Of a DNA stretch of 36,194 bases, positions 34,321-36,194 are shown piece after piece (positions within the stretch are counted from its first letter, which is position 1; each line of letters begins with the position of its first letter). The translations under genes and the position numbers were made by a program. Below the pieces are notes generated by a model. That model was not told the origin of the DNA, made no database searches, and saw only the letters and a list, made by a program, of their open reading frames with translations. Source of the DNA: Cyclobacteriaceae bacterium (GTDB taxonomy: Bacteria; Bacteroidota; Bacteroidia; Cytophagales; Cyclobacteriaceae); contig JBGPGZ010000001.1 in assembly GCA_041484175.1 (NCBI GenBank), forward strand, positions 1 to 36,194, in the 5' to 3' direction.

Positions 34321-35292
34321 TCAAAGTTCTTTGGGCTCTTCTTTTCGTGGGATCACCACCGAGAAAATAATAGACAGGGTCAAGGTGGCAATGATCACGG
34401 TGAAAGAGAGGACTGGATCCAATCTGATCTCAAAAATCTCGAGCAGCATTTTGGCACCAATAAAAAAGAGGATAATGGATAATCCTTTCTGGAGCAGGTA
34501 AAACTTATCAATGATTCCGGCTAAAAGAAAAAACATCGCCCGGAGTCCCATCACGGCAAAAATATTGGAAGTGTAAACCAGAAACTCGTTGGTTGTGATG
34601 GCGAACGCTGCAGGGATCGAATCAACGGCAAAAATCAGGTCTGTTGTTTCCACCAGGATGACTACCAAAAATAGAGGTGTGAACATCAGTTTGCCAGTGA
34701 CCAAGGCAACGAATTTTCCACCCATTTCATCCTTTGTAATCGGAAGGTACTTACGGCATAAGCGGAGGATCGGGTTCTTTTCAGGATCGATCTTTTCGTC
34801 GCTGTCTTCAAAGTAAATCTTGATCCCGGAGTAAATCAGGAATACACCGAATACATAGAGTATCCAATGGAACTTGAAGATAAGATAAGCACCAACAAAA
34901 ATGAAAATACCCCGGAAAAAGACGGCACCCAAAATACCCCAAAAAAGAACCTTGTGGTAATACTCTTCTTTGACCGTGAAATATTTTAGAATCAGAAGGA
35001 TGACAAAAATGTTATCGACAGACAGAGCATATTCGGTGAGGTAAGCCGAAAAATATTCCACGGAAGCATCCAGTCCTCCCTCATCGTAAACATAGACCAG
35101 GTAGCCAAAAATGGTGCTGACAAACACCCAAAAAATAGATTGATACAACGCAGACTTGGTTGTGATCTTCCGGGCCGTCTTGTTAAAGACACCCAAATCA
35201 ATCACCATAAAAACGGCAATGATCAATGCAAAAACGCCAAAAAGAATAGTCTCCGTTTGACTATGGCTTCTGAACAGCGAAAATAAGAGCAT
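34321..35292 (-). CDS. TerC/Alx-family metal homeostasis membrane protein
   Basis: EYALSVDNIFV, HKVLFWGILGA, ETTDLIFAVDSIPA, TSNIFAVMGLRAM. Confidence 0.92.
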   Translation of the reverse strand: MLLFSLFRSHSQTETILFGVFALIIAVFMVIDLGVFNKTARKITTKSALYQSIFWVFVSTIFGYLVYVYDEGGLDASVEYFSAYLTEYALSVDNIFVILLILKYFTVKEEYYHKVLFWGILGAVFFRGIFIFVGAYLIFKFHWILYVFGVFLIYSGIKIYFEDSDEKIDPEKNPILRLCRKYLPITKDEMGGKFVALVTGKLMFTPLFLVVILVETTDLIFAVDSIPAAFAITTNEFLVYTSNIFAVMGLRAMFFLLAGIIDKFYLLQKGLSIILFFIGAKMLLEIFEIRLDPVLSFTVIIATLTLSIIFSVVIPRKEEPKEL

Positions 35293-35317
35293 TTGCCTTT
35301 TGGTACGGGTTAGTGTT

Positions 35318-35359
35318 AAAAAAGGTGATTATCGGTCTACAAGGGACTGGTAATCACCT
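35318..35359 (-). terminator. intrinsic-terminator-like hairpin in the terC 5' region
   Basis: Minus strand AGGTGATTACCAGTC-ccttgta-GACCGATAATCACCT-TTTTT, lying between a TAGTTTTG -7 box (35378-35371) and the ATG at 35292. Confidence 0.6.
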
Positions 35360-35506
35360 CTAATAAGGTTCAAAACTACAAATTAAATTCAAAACAAAAA
35401 CCTACATGGGGGTTAATACCAGCTTAAAGTCAAAAGAAACCATCGCCTAATTGTTCGGATTGTAAACATGCAATCGGTTTCCTGCCGTGATCAAAAATCG
35501 TGAATG

Positions 35507-36193
35507 CTAGTTTATTTCTAATTGCAGTTTCAGCAAGTTATTGTAGATCCCGTTCTCTAGGGTGGTTAATTGCTGATGCGATCCTGTCTCGGCAATTTTC
35601 CCCTCCTTAATTACCAGGATTCTGTCCACCTTCCGGATGGTACTCAGGCGGTGAGCAATGACAATGGTGGTGCGGTTTTCCATTAGTTTTTCAAGCGCGT
35701 CCTGTACTAACCTTTCTGATTTGGCATCCAACGAACTCGTCGCCTCATCCAACACCAGGATGGAGGGGTCCTTCAAAATAGCGCGGGCAATAGCCACGCG
35801 CTGTCGCTGGCCTCCGGACAGTTTCACGCCGCGGTCGCCCACGCGCGTATCGAATCCCTCGGGAAAAATTTCAATAAACTCAAGCGCATTTGCTTTGCGG
35901 GCGGCCTCCACGATTTCATTCTCAGAAGCACCCGGTTTACCGTATGCGATATTCTCACGGATCGTTCCGCCAAACAAAAGCACTTCCTGCGGCACGATGC
36001 CAATGTTTTGGCGATAATCGGAAAGGATATACTCAGCGCAATTTCTTTCATCGACCCTGATCTCGCCCTCTGTAAGCGGATAAAAGCGCATGAGCAAATT
36101 GATGATGGTGGACTTTCCTGAACCACTGGGACCCACCAGCGCAATTCTTTCGCCCGGCAGAATCGTAAAGCTGATATCCTTGAGTACCGGTAG
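35507..36193 (-). CDS. ABC transporter (MsbA/MdlB-type), C-terminal ATP-binding domain; 5' part outside the window
   Basis: The frame stays open to the window edge (LPVLKDISFTILPGERIALV-GPSGSGKST); LSGGQRQR, LVLDEATSSLD, IAHRLST. Confidence 0.93.
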   Translation of the reverse strand, partial: LPVLKDISFTILPGERIALVGPSGSGKSTIINLLMRFYPLTEGEIRVDERNCAEYILSDYRQNIGIVPQEVLLFGGTIRENIAYGKPGASENEIVEAARKANALEFIEIFPEGFDTRVGDRGVKLSGGQRQRVAIARAILKDPSILVLDEATSSLDAKSERLVQDALEKLMENRTTIVIAHRLSTIRKVDRILVIKEGKIAETGSHQQLTTLENGIYNNLLKLQLEIN

Positions 36194-36194
36194 A

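Noticed and set aside
35293-35506. yybP-ykoY manganese riboswitch upstream of terC
   Set aside because: The characteristic GGGGAGUA and ACAUAC-type motifs are not visible; only the hairpin is reported.
1-36194. Prophage, anti-phage defence system, rRNA or tRNA genes
   Set aside because: No integrase, phage structural, nuclease, reverse transcriptase or toxin-antitoxin motifs and no RNA-gene signatures were recognised.

Overview
Chromosomal window from a Bacteroidota bacterium, most likely Cytophagales-like. This rests on the DUF6089-uppS-bamA-skp gene order, a MurF-Alr fusion and recurrent TAnnTTTG -7 promoter boxes. It is mostly housekeeping: uppS, bamA, three skp/ompH paralogs, a fused 5-oxoprolinase/hydantoinase, prfA, a LOG protein, a HisA-like protein, csaA, murF-alr, feoAB, purKE, TerB/TerC-family genes and a partial ABC transporter. 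Accessory or unexpected elements: (i) a complete IS4-family element (5662-7084) with terminal inverted repeats and a 10-bp target duplication; (ii) three families of period-7 tandem repeats placed directly after stop codons, forming inverted and nested arms at two convergent gene junctions, one of which is the IS target; (iii) a four-gene type III PKS / methyltransferase / UbiA prenyltransferase / flavin oxidoreductase cluster; (iv) a TonB-dependent receptor divergent from a Zur-like regulator, with two 7-1-7 operator palindromes; (v) two small ORFs missing from the ORF track, each with its own promoter box; (vi) an internally deleted cyclophilin-type lipoprotein pseudogene; (vii) a terminator-like hairpin in the terC leader. 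All assignments come from reading motifs by eye; no database searches were run.
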